A DNA stretch of 64,000 nt from Chlorokybus atmophyticus (lineage: Eukaryota > Plantae > Mesostigma and Chlorokybus algae). The translations under genes and the position numbers were made by a program. The notes under the pieces are model-generated. The model did no database searches and was not told the origin of the DNA. It saw only the letters and a program-made list of their open reading frames with translations. The stretch spans positions 1,346,744 to 1,410,743 of the forward strand of contig RHPI01002069.1 in NCBI GenBank assembly GCA_009103225.1, in the 5' to 3' direction. Positions within the stretch are counted from its first letter, which is position 1; each line of letters begins with the position of its first letter. Shown piece after piece: positions 11,811 to 24,100 of this stretch.

Positions 11811-13547
11811 GCAAGGTAAGAACCTAGGAGAGCGGTTCAGGAGCAACAGCAACAGCAAGGCGTGAGGGTGCAGGGTGGGAAGGCGGATGGCCGTGCATTG
11901 CTGGGCAAATGGGTTGCGACGTCGCAACCGCTGCTCTTGATACCGAGTCCTTGCATGCTTTGTATAAAGTGCAATAAGCTGTGTATGTTACAAGCACGAC
12001 ACGTGCAAGGCTAGCAGTTACATAGCAACGAAGAGTATCGCTTGTGCAAGAACTGCACTGCATCGCTGCTCTGCTCTGCTCTCTCCCTCTCTCTCCCTCT
12101 CTCGCTCGCTCTCTCGCGCTCTCGCTCTCTCGTCACAGCAGGGGCCCATCATGCATTGTGTAGTCGGATTTTACAAGTATGTTTGCGTACAGGGTGTTCC
12201 AGCATACACGTACCTCCGCCTCCGCCTAACCGCTTGCTGCTGCGCTCAGTCCATTGTTTGTCTCTACCTGCCGAACCTCCTTCCTTACCAGTACCGCCTG
12301 TTGCACAGGTCCTTGCCCAAACTCTTGCCTGCCTGCCTGCTTGCTACCCGACCTCCGCCCCATTGCATAGCACTTGCCTACTACACAACCTAGTGGCATG
12401 CCCCCTCGTAATTAATGAGCCCTGCCTGTGCCTGTGCGTTTGTGTGCATGCTGCGTGTGAATGTGTGCAACTTGCCTGCTACCGGAAAGCCTATGCACGC
12501 GAATCGCAGGTCCCTGTACTTCATGATGCACGCCTCACATCAGCTAATCCAAGGCATATGGATGCGCACTCTGTTGCTGGATGATATACACGCATGCACG
12601 CAGCCATCAGCACGCACATCGCATTCTATTACACCGCCAGGCTAGGCGTGCCGTGTGTACGTGTGCTGCTTGTGAGGACCTATCGCTGGTTGCTGCCGTT
12701 GTTGCCTTTGTGATAGGTTCCTGGTTGTGATGACGGTTGTGACAGGCACAGTTACCCAACTGTCGCAGCCAAGGGATGATGTTTGCCCCCAGCGTGCTTC
12801 ATGCTGTATGGTGGAACAAATGGTGAACCGCGTGATGTTGTGCGCATGCAATGCAGTGCGGCGTGACTATATGGTATGGTGTGCTCGCGCAGTGTGAACG
12901 TCCCATGTAAAGTTATATGGCGACAGTAATCCAGCGACTGATACGCACACCGCGTTTGTTGAACCTGCCTTACTGCAACCCCTATTTTGCCCCGCCGACG
13001 CGGCCCCACCTTGCGCAAACTTAGCTGCACGGTGTACCTTGGACAAGCCCATGCGCTCACAACAGTTGGCCTCCGCTTGCTGGCTCCCCTGGCTGCATGC
13101 CCATAGCTGGGCTGAGTGCATGCACGTGCCTGCCAACTGCCAGCTTGATGGACGCAACGCATGCAGCCATGCAGTAACTGCCGTACCACTGGCATGCATT
13201 CGTCCTGTGGCCGCCTTGTCAAGGCAGACAGGGCCCGGAGCGCCGCGCGTGGCGCCGAGATCAACAGCAACGTTGCCAAAGCTCTCAAATATCAAGTCAA
13301 GCATACGCGTGTGTGAAGACCGCTGTAGCCTCCTCCCGCACGGTGCTTCTCGAGGTGTGCAGGTTCTTGTTGCTGCTCTTGGACACAACCTGTTGACGCT
13401 CTGGATGACTGTTGAAGCAACACAACAGTCAAAATCTGCTCCTAGTGAAAAAGTAAAAATAGCCCCCTGGAAATGCTGCATGCCGGGATCGCTGCTTTTG
13501 TACCAAGTCAGCATTCCGGCAAGGCGGAGTTGGTTGTTGGCGGCAAG

Positions 13548-14836
13548 ATGGCGCTGAGGAGGGCGGCGGCGACGGCGCTGCGGGGGTCGTCTGGGGTAGG
13601 GGCGGTGCGAGCCGCCTCCACCTTCACCCTGCCGCCGCTGCCGTACGACTACTCGGCGCTGGAGCCGGCGATCAGCGGGGAGATCATGGAGCTGCACCAC
13701 ACCAAGCACCACCAGGCCTACGTCAACGGCCTGAACGCTGCCCTCCAGGCCCACGACGACGCCAAGACCGCAGGCGACGTCCAGGCGCTGGTCGCCGCTG
13801 AGGGCGCCCTTCGCTTCAACGGCGGGGGCCACGCCAACCACACCCTCTTCTGGTCCAACCTCGCGCCCAAGAAGGAGGGCGGCGGGGAGCCTCCGTCAGG
13901 TGCCCTCGCCGAGGCGCTCAACGACCAGTTTGGCTCTCTCAACAACACCATCACAAGGATGTCCGCCGCTGCCGTCGCCGTGCAGGGCTCAGGCTGGGCG
14001 GTAAGTTGATATGTGCGTCATGCATGCAATGCAATGTGGCATGCATGCATGCAGCCTGCATGCATGCATGCAGTGCGTTTACACCAATGATGCATTCATG
14101 CAGCATCATGACAACAACAGACGGCACTTGTGACTTTGGATGCCGCATGGCACGTGTTTACACCACAGCTCTTCCAGCAGGTTAACTTAAAAGGTACTTC
14201 GCGTCCATCGGTGAACATGTGACACTGCTAGGTGGTATGGCTTGATGCATAGGCTGCATGCTACCACTATTTTGGTTGACCACGCCAACGTCTAGCATGC
14301 CTTGAGTACTGACTTGCACACTAGCAGTGCACGCAGCATTGTTGCTTGCGTGCAAGGAGTGAAAACAACTACAAGACGTAAGGAAGCTTGTAGTCTGGAT
14401 GCCACATGTTGCATCGTTTGCTTTTACTGGAGTCCCAGGAAACTCGTAAGAGTCAATTTCTTCTTTACTGCATCATTGGATTGCACAAGTGACGGTGCAG
14501 CTTGATTGTAGAGCTTCTAGGGTTCACCACGCTGCATGCTACTTGTGTTTGCCTGTACACACAACGGCACACGCGCATGCTAATCAACTTTACAAATTGG
14601 CGCATACGTAGTGGCTGGGGTTCGACAAGACTTCGGAGCGCCTGGCTATCAGGACAACACCGAACCAGGATCCCGCGGTGTTGGTCGGCCTCATTCCTCT
14701 CCTGGGCATTGATGTCTGGGAGCACGCCTACTACCTGCAGTACAAGAATGTGCGTCCCGACTACGTCAAGGCCATCTGGTCCGTTGTCAACTGGCAGACT
14801 GCTGAAGATCGCTACAAGGCCGCCATCAGCAAGTGA
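13548..14836 (+). CDS. MSD1: Mitochondrial manganese superoxide dismutase (2 exons: 13548-14000, 14612-14836)
   Basis: Presequence MALRRAAA...; [32 protein letters not shown]; [13 protein letters not shown]; VQGSGWA|WLGF; [20 protein letters not shown]. Confidence 0.97.
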
Positions 14837-15149
14837 TGAGGACAGTGGCGTGTGCTGGTGAAGTACAACCGCGCTGCACTGGTATGTCATACCATGAGAT
14901 TTAAGGTTGCGTTCATGCGCCTGTGATGTATCACCAGTGTCAATATATCAGCAAGCAGGTATCGCGTCCTTGGAATGCGCTTGCTAATTTGCGCCAATCA
15001 TTGCGCGCAGGATTCAAGACCCAACTCCAGCGATTTTCGAACTGCTGCTGGTGCACTGATAGGGTTTTCCCCGCACCCTGATGACATATGCCCTCTGTGT
15101 ACATGCAATGATGTGCCTGTGATGTGTACTGGGTAGGTACTCATGCTAT

Positions 15150-16410
15150 CATGTGTATAGGACTCGGCTGTTTCTAAGTTTGTTAGACTTGGCAGCGATC
15201 GCGATGTACTTGTTGCGTGGTGCATTGCAGTGGTGGTGTTGATCGTGCATGCCAGTCTGTTGCGACGCTGGCCTTGTTAAGTTGGAGACTCGGTGGGCAC
15301 GGCACACGATAACCCTATAGTCAGTCAAGATGCACAAATATCATGCAGCACACAGGCCCATCACATTCTCATGCCCATGGTAACTTTTGCCCTACACCAA
15401 CATCAGCAAAGTCAAGGGATTTTTCATGGTGCTCATTTGCATTGTCGCGAGATATGTTTTGAAGTGGAAACATCGAAGACATTGGTAAACACCGTGCTTC
15501 TTGCGATGTGCATATCATGTGATGTTGGCTTCGTATGACTTTACAAACTTGTATACAAGCATATGCCATGCGGACTTGTTGGCGTGTTTGGCACAGCTTG
15601 TGAATGAACTGTTTGCCTTTGCCGCATTGCAACATAAAGGCGCTACTGTCTTGAAACTGACTTGGTCTAAGGGTGCCTTGTAGCACCAGTGGGTACGGGA
15701 ACGTGCTAACCAGCATGACACATCAAGCATCAAGCTCTACACAACGGACTATATGACATGGTTGCTGGAGTTCTTGCTGTCCAACCTGTTTGTCAACACT
15801 GCAGGTGACAGGTTACATACCCATGCTACTGGGATCCTACGGGGAATAACGCTGGTGTGTATGTGGCAAATTACTCTTTGGGCTCCAAGGAGCTGAGATT
15901 TGTCCGCACCCTCAAGCTCAAGGTCTTACGGAGGTATTGAGTAAGTGGTGCACATCCATGCGAAGGTATGTGGATGATGTGCTGGTTATTGACCTGCCAG
16001 AATTCGTGGATGCCATGTATGCGAGTAATGCAACTCTGGGAGGTGGCATCTATCTGTACCATGCACTCACATTGACTCAATCAACACCTGGTACATCTAT
16101 TCACGTCCTAGACAGGACACTTTTTCAAACATTAAACGCTGAGTTGTGGTCACGCGTATACTGCAAGTTGAATGACTTGCAGTTTGCTGGTATTCCAAGG
16201 CGACGCGCACCCCACCCCAACACCAACATCTCCAAGCAGGCTAAGTTGGGAGTAGTGGTATCGCAATGCATACGTTTTCTGTGTTCGAGTACATACAGAT
16301 CACATCACACGTCTTGCATGACATGGCTATGCTGCTGGTGGCCATGCAGAGAGATGGTTATGCTAAAGATTCTTTAACGTCCAAGCTACGCAGATGGATG
16401 TACAACTAGA
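15150..16410 (+). mobile_element. Penelope-like (Chlamys-type) retroelement RT, copy B, degenerate; probable 3' UTR extends to ~17080
   Basis: SYDFTNLYTSICHADL (motif A), GNNAGVYVANY (motif B), RYVDDVLVI (motif C), HVLDRT, RRAPHPNTNISKQAKLGVVVSQCIRF (thumb), MQRDGY. The ORF ends soon after the thumb with no C-terminal GIY-YIG. Stops and frameshifts are present; the 5' boundary is approximate. Confidence 0.8.
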
Positions 16411-17788
16411 GAGGGAGGGTGTATGATACAACATACAACACCTGTTCGATATGGTGTGCACGCGGTGGGAGGCGAGCCAGGCATACACCACATCAACACA
16501 TGTAAGATATGTAAGCACGGTGAGGTAAGTGAGAGTGTAGGGAGCAGTTCTACTGCCCACATATGTTAAGGGCCTCATGCATGCCATCACAATGCCTTGA
16601 TTACATGACATGATGCATGCCTGTGACGATGTCACGCTGCATGCTGCGTCATGCCTCTGTCATAAAAACGGTAATAACCTGCACAATGGCCTGTGGGGGT
16701 CTTAACTGTGGTACAAGCTGTGCTAACAGACAGGCAGTGGTAAGTTCCTAGATTCAAGACCAACCCAAGGCTTTGGTGGCTGACAGTCTGTGGTGGGGGC
16801 CAAGCTTGTATCGTCGTCGTCGTCGTCGTCATGTATGCTGGCGGTGGCAAGGACAAGGGCTGACCTCTGCTTCTCCCTCTCCTCTGCGCTCTTCAGGTTG
16901 TTGCCGTGTTTGGGTCCCTACTGCTTCTGCTACTCCTGCTGCTTGAGGGTCTAGCTAGATGTTAGTTGTGTCTTAGAATCTTAGCGTTACAACTGTCTTG
17001 GATCCCCGGTCTAATGGAGTGCTGTGCTTGCTTGTTTGTGCGAATGCTTTTGCACCTTGCATGCACATTATCTTGGAGTTTGCCTAGAGTAGCTTTAATA
17101 TGATCCATAACAAAATTGCATTGTTATATTCCTTTGTTGTTTAAACCTTGAGATTTCTCCTTCGTAATGTACACATGCCACCTTGTTGTTTTTAAATGAT
17201 GATGGTGATTGCGACCACACCATAATGGTGCAACCTCAACTTCATCACACTTGGACTGTTAGGGTTCACTTAAGCCATATGCGGTAAAATAATTCATGCA
17301 GACATAAGATGATACAAAATAGTTTTATCCGAATTGGGTAGACCGACAATGCATCATTTGAGTCGTGGTGTTAGCGTTACGGCTTTAACACTGGGACGTT
17401 GTGATCGTTTGACATGATGTATAAGGATTGAGCACGCAAATGCATCTTTTGCAAAAATATGCATAACTGTTTGCTTTGCACTTAAGTATGGTACACAACA
17501 TTTATACATTTGTTATTTTCTGTACTGCAACTGTAAAGCATGAAATTTGCACAAATAAATGCCATTAACTCACGAACCCCTGCTGGTACGTGTTCACTGA
17601 AACTGCCAGCACGAATAAGGGTATATGCATATATGTAATCATGCATTGGTCAAGGTACATAGGAAATGCACGCCGCGGCGCCATCTGACAATGACATCGC
17701 GAGACTTGACCAAATGTCATGTTCACTTTTTAATAGATTAATCTTACAACAATCATAACATAATATTGTTTTCTACTTGCCATCGATT

Positions 17789-17859
17789 GCGCCGGTGGTC
17801 TAGTGGTAGAATAGTACCCTGCCACGGTACAGACCCGGGTTCGATTCCCGGCCGGCGCA
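17789..17859 (+). tRNA. trnG-GCC: tRNA-Gly(GCC)
   Basis: GCGCCGG acceptor stem, D arm GTCTAGTGGTAGAA, anticodon arm GTACC-CTGCCAC-GGTAC, T arm CCGGG-TTCGATT-CCCGG, 71 nt, with a downstream T-run. Nearly identical to the plant cytosolic tRNA-Gly. Confidence 0.98.
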
Positions 17860-18134
17860 GCTGTTTGCTTTTACCCTTTGTTGCACCCATCTTTTCACTT
17901 GCTACAACATACAAACAGCTGCTCCTTCTGTCAGTTTTTCCCCTATGTTGCACCTAACTTTTCACTTGCGACAGCAAACAAACAGCAGGAGCAGTGAGAA
18001 GTGTATTCATATGTTTGTCGTATTACGGGATGTTATCTGCTGCAACAATTTTGCGTTTACTACAACTATAGGATCAATTTCAGCTTAATTTATGGTCTAT
18101 CGGAGCAATGTGCAACGTATATATAGTTATTGTG

Positions 18135-18196
18135 GTATATAAAAGATGGTGTTTAGTTCAGCTTGTATATAAAAGATGGTGTTTAATTCAGCTTGT
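18135..18196. repeat. 30-bp tandem duplication (one mismatch)
   Basis: gtatataaaagatggtgttta(g/a)ttcagctt x2. Confidence 0.9.
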
Positions 18197-19690
18197 GAAA
18201 AGACAAAACATATCATGATGCCACGAACACATGGCTTGCCCGAGTAATCATTACTCCATAATGTGAAGCGTATACACTGTTTGTCATATATTTATAAGAT
18301 TTTTTGGGTGAGCTTGGTAAAAAAACAAGACACACCGTAATGCCACGAATACATGGCTTGCCGGAGCAGTGTGAAGCGTGTACACTGTTTAACGTTATGT
18401 TTACAAGAGTAACACAACGATGTTGTTTGGTTGAGCAGCTGAACAAATTTGTGATCAAACGAGACATTTGTTGTTACGGACATTGTGATTCAAATCATGA
18501 AGTGTCCGAGTTAAAGAGATTGCATCTTTATTAAGCAATGGTTAAATGCATTATATGTTGCGTTCCATTAGTAACATTTTCATCACAATAATAGCTTGTT
18601 TGATTCAATCTTAAAAACAAGATATACCGTAATGCTACAAATGTATATGTCTTGTTGAAGCAATGTGAGCATACACACAATGTATCAGATTTGAAAGAAG
18701 TTGTGTAATGCAGTTTTATGAAACAAACAGGACGCATCACATGCGATGGGCGCTTGAATGTTGACAACTCAAGATGGATTAAGATGCAAATACCCCTTTG
18801 TCTATTGAGCAACTTGATGCATGCCATTGACGTTACGTTGATTTTCTAGCTGATAGTTATCAATAGCTATTGTTGCACTCATCAATTTTGCAGGGTTCTT
18901 CTAAAAATTGCATGAAAAGAGTAGAAAGTGTCGGTTAGACTATAACAGATGGCACATAACTCTAGATCACTGTTATTGTAGTATATGTGCGATGTATGCA
19001 AATGATGCCTATAAGTCTTATTAGTCATTAAATGGCATGTTGCACAACGCTATGTGTCTGCATAATTGATACTTGTTCTACCATCACTTATCGGAAAAAG
19101 CCGTTAACGTGCATACGTAATGCATTTTCATTGTAAAATGTTATGCACTTTACCTTGGTAGGATATCACAGCGACTCCACTACTCCGGATAAATAGCATG
19201 ACGATGATGTGAAAGATATGATTGCAATATACCGATATGTAAAACAATGCTTACCTTTTTATAGTATGTTGCATAACAGTTGGTGTCATGGAACAATAAC
19301 TTTGCTACCGCGCAAATGGTAATTAAAAGAATCCCAATTGCAGTATAACATCACGAGCATGTGTACACTCTCTGCATGCATTCATTGAAGTCAATGTTAA
19401 GCACTAACTTATCCTTTTTATACTACGAGCTTTTCTTGTGTTTACAAAAAGACCAATGAGCAAATTTGTGACATGTTATGTGCCAAATGGGCGGCCAAAG
19501 CGTCGGTTCAGAGGTTCCAGAAACCATGTGGTGCAAGCTTGGATGAATGTATGCAAAACACCAATGACTTTGATCTTGAAAGACACCACCACCATGCTTA
19601 CTTTTTCGCTTTGCATGGTTATAATATTTTTAAATAATGATACCTTTATGAACTACCTGCACAGTATACATCAGACACAACACATACATG

Positions 19691-19912
19691 TGCCTATGTG
19701 CTCAGGTTGGTTGAATGGTTGCTTCTACCTTGCTGCTTGCCATGCATCCTACCGCCCCTCCTAGAGCACATAATGCATATAGTGCACATAGTTGTAGAGC
19801 CCCTGCAATAATCGAAGTGCTGCTGTTGTTTGTCTTTGGTTTTGTGGCTAATTTAATAGCTATTTGTGGTGCATTTGGACTGCTTCTTTGCCCTATGACT
19901 TATACCTTATAC
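19691..19912 (+). repeat. Dispersed repeat, partner of 11580-11810
   Basis: See the 11580-11810 alignment. Confidence 0.8.
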
Positions 19913-21192
19913 ATGCTGCAGCCTGCAGCATGTATGTGTTGTGTTTAATGTATGGTTCTCAGAATAATCCTGAAATGTTATGAGTTCATTGTCTGAAGTT
20001 AAGTTGCATGCGTTACGGAATGCTGCGCAATTCAGCTTAAGAGGATGTTACATGTATTGCACTTCAACATGCGGTATTAATTCTGTAAGATTACGACGGA
20101 TATGCGAAATGCTGTTTGCAGCCGTTGAAAGAGCTGTTGAAAGAGATTTTGCATATTGGCAAAGACCTTGCCAATATGCAATGCAGCCATGCAACAACCG
20201 AAAAGTTGTAACGACATGAAGACCACTCAATAGAATTACATAATATACCACAATCTTCCAGGCATGATAACGCATACAGCAAGAACAGACTTAAGGCACC
20301 ATAGTGAGGCATGATGTAGACGGTATCCATACAGCCACATGGGTACCGTCACAATTTATGAGAGGATAAGGACAGCCACTGGTCATACACGGTGACCAGC
20401 AACCATGACTTGAGTGAGACTTGATGCACACTCGTTGTTATGACACTCTTTAAGAAGCCCATTTATCATGTTTTTGCAAACCTAGGGATCGCACTTCAAG
20501 GATCAACAAATGATGGCTCATCATACTTTACGTGTTGTCGGTTTGAAGCAATCGATAATTGATGGTAGCCATGAATAAATCATTGAACGATCGTGTGGCC
20601 CAACTAGCCGTACGCAAAAGTTGGTGACACATCAATGCAAACCTCTTCCTATGAACACATGGGTACAGGATATGCTGCCAGCAGTAGACATGCACGACAT
20701 CACTCACAGCATGTCAAACAGCATGCAAGCACATTGTCACACAACCGGTGTTGGTAGTAGTGTAGGTAGTGAAGTTGGTAGGTGACAGTAGCCCGGTTAT
20801 ATACATGAACGGTGTGAGCTGCATGCTGCCAGTGACCATAAATCCGCAAGACTATTGTGGTTGTGGACTGCATGTATCGTGCGCGAGCAATTGTGTCGCG
20901 CATTTTGTACACATCGCCCTCCACACATTTGTACCCTGTTGGCTGGTAACGCTTGTGTATCTACTTGCGCGCCGTCACCAGCAAGTCCATATACATGAAG
21001 ACTACCACAAGCTCGAAACAGGTATTGGCCAAGTGTATGTAGGTATTGATCTCACACTCCATCCGTATGGTAGGGTATAGTGCAATCAACAATATCATCA
21101 TCCCAATCGTGCCGCTTGGACCTCAATAACTTGGTTGACTGCCACAGCAGAAGCTGCAGTCTTAGCTAGCATGAAACAATGATCAGAGCTGG

Positions 21193-24100
21193 CTAATGCA
21201 TGTCTTCAGCATCATTTGCAGCCTCATTCTCCTGATCGCCTTCTTGAGCCTCGTCTTCCTCCAAGTCATACAACTGAATGCGCCTGGAGCCTGCCAAAAT
21301 GCTGGCGACGCCACGTGGCCCTGCACGCGTGGATCATGAGCAATATGAGAGGTGTACACAGCAGGATGCATACGACATTTGACTCGTGACAAAGAAAAGC
21401 GATTCCTCAACATACCACTGACAGCCAATGGTGCAAGAGCATCACTCCCGCAAGTCCGCAGCCTATGCTCAATATCATTCAGCGATACGGCTGCAGGCTT
21501 GGTGCGCTCGAAGTCTAGCTGCACAAATGGCAGCTGCTCGCACTCGACCAGGCGCACAACGGCGGCACCGTCACCAACCATTAACAGTGCCAGCTGGCCT
21601 TTCTGTGCAGATAACCAATCCCATGTCAAGGCAAGGTAGTAGTGCTACTATGAACAGTGGAAGGCAAGTGGAGCTTCATAAGGAACAGCAACGACACCAT
21701 GCATGGCAACAACCTTATAAAAGGCCATGTCTATGACATGCGCGGTTGGCGGCATTGCGATGGCAGCAGCACTCGTTGACACGTCACTCCCGACACGGGT
21801 GAAGTTTGTGAGTTGAAGCGCTTGATCGCCATCGCCATTGCTCTTCCAGCAAGAAGCCACAAGCAAGGTCATTTTGCTAACTTCATCACCCTGCGCAACG
21901 TTTCGGTTCAAGGCATCAGTCTGGTGATGCTGCGATGGGGGTTGTATTGCATGAGTGAGTGCTTCCCTGATGAAACTTCCAACAGGAAACGCAATGTGTT
22001 TGCAAGATGCAACATTAACAACTGACACCTGACTGCTTTGATAGGAGACGCACGCGTCGCCTTCATTTTGTCCCAAGGACACTGCCTTGGTCAGGTGACA
22101 TTGCGATGAAAGCGAGTGTGCAAGCTGACTGAAAAGGTCTTCAGTCCTGCACGCGACGCAAGTGGTGTCACAGGGCTCTTTGTTCGACGGTGTACTTCAA
22201 ATAGCCATCACAGTTGTTAACGTGTCAAACAGTATCACAATGATATATATGAGAAAAGCAATGCAAGTGATGTGGGCCGTAAGAGCGGATGGCACAAAAC
22301 CGGAAATCGTACCTTTGACACAGCTGCTGAAACTGCTGATGGAGTTTCAGAGCGAGGAGTTGGTCGAGCCCAGCGGAGGTGGATGAGATAACTTTAATGA
22401 CATCTAGTTCATCAGCAGACCTGTTGCAGCATATACCTCATGAACTGGTATTGCAATGAATTACACTTGTGATCAAGCGCATTGCAACCGCAACTTGTGC
22501 TTTGCAGCACTAACGCGCAAAAGAATAACACTGCCTACTGATCTGCACGTATGTGCTCGGCTGTCCCCGGCTCAAGTTCAGGCGCAAGCTTGTCATGTTG
22601 CAGTTGAGAGTTGATAAACTCCGCCACCTCGCAGCTGTCACACACAAGCAGCCACATGCAAGCAGTCACATAACTTATACCTAGTGCAAAACACATCTGC
22701 AAGGCCAATGCACACAACGCACCTGCTTACAGTTGGAAGAGTGTCTTGTGCGGGCCGATCATCAGTAAATTGCCGCACGCCAACCAGAAGCCAATCCAAG
22801 AAGGCGCTGTACTGTACCACATGGAAGCCTCATTGTGAAGCAAGTGAGCGACGAGACAACATCAAACAAGTCAACAACTCTGACCTGCTTCTTGACATTG
22901 CCAAGCAGACGAATGAAAGCTTCGCATCGGATGCGCAGCGCGCTAGCGGCAGCAATTGCTCGCTCCACACTCGCCGCGGTCAGGCCGATTGCTGCTGCGC
23001 GGCTCTTCCATCGCAGGATGCCACGCAGCTCACCGAGCCGAAACAGCCAGACTTCTACTGCGGGCTAGCACGCGCACATCAGTCAACAACATCAGGACAC
23101 AGAGTGAGTCAGCACGCATGCACGATGCGTTCTGATGCATGCGTGTGCACATCTCTGCACACGCATGCACGCGAATGCTGTATGTGTGCTCCGATGCGCG
23201 CGTATGTGCATGCGAATGCGGGCAGATACTGATGCCGGTGCGTACCACAAAGTTGTGATGCAGAAGCGCAGCGATGTTGCTGATGGCATTATGGACAGAG
23301 CGTGCGAGACGTCTCACGCCCTGCAGTCCAGCAAGGTTGACGTGTCACATGGTTGTAGCGTGGCGATTGCAACTCCCGCAGCAAGACAGACTGACAAACA
23401 GACCTGGTCTCTTAAGTTGATCAGAAACTGATGCAGTCCTGGGCTGACTGTTCCGCTGACGAGAAAGGACTGCAGCTCTTCATGCGCTTGCAGTGCAGAC
23501 CCTGCGTGCACATAATTACGCGTCAATAACATGGAGAACACACGTCAACATCAAGTTTCAATGTTGTTACCGTTGTCTGCGAGGTGGTCCGCCAGCAGCT
23601 GCATCTGCTTGCTCACGGCAGTGGCGGCTTCAGCCCACGCGTGCTGCGCATCATTCATGGCCGCGCCGGCGAGGTCTTTCAAGGCCAGCACGTGACACGC
23701 ATGAATGGCAACTTGTGCAATCTCCGCACGCCTGCAGGAAACCAACGAACACCATCGTCATGCGCGATGGGCAGTTCACTTCTTACATGTTGTCGTGTAT
23801 ATGGTCATGTGGTAGTGTGGTCCGTGCAAGACATGTCGTGCACTTTTGACACGGTGCGGTTCAATCGTTACCGTGTAAACAAGCTGCCGGTGTCAAAATG
23901 AAGAGCAGATAGGCTGGCAACCTGCACTCGTGCAATAAGTTCATGTCGCATTGCCACCGCATTGCCACCTACCACTTCATATGCTGCCCGCTGTATGTGC
24001 ACGCGTGTGTGACATAAAAGCAAATACAACAACTCACGCTGCTTTGCGAAGAACCGTCTGTCGGCTCACCTTTGCAAAGCACAGTCAAGTGCAGGTCTTG

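Noticed and set aside
12867-13841. 324-aa minus-strand ORF, the longest in the track
   Set aside because: It is largely the antisense shadow of the GC-rich SOD exon 1, and the rest has no recognisable motif.
17860-18000. Plant-type dicistronic tRNA-Gly-snoRNA
   Set aside because: No C box (RTGATGA) or D box pair follows the tRNA, and T-runs occur within ~12 nt.
18200-18700. Spaced repeats as a CRISPR-like array
   Set aside because: The repeats are degenerate and irregularly spaced, the context is eukaryotic and there are no cas genes.
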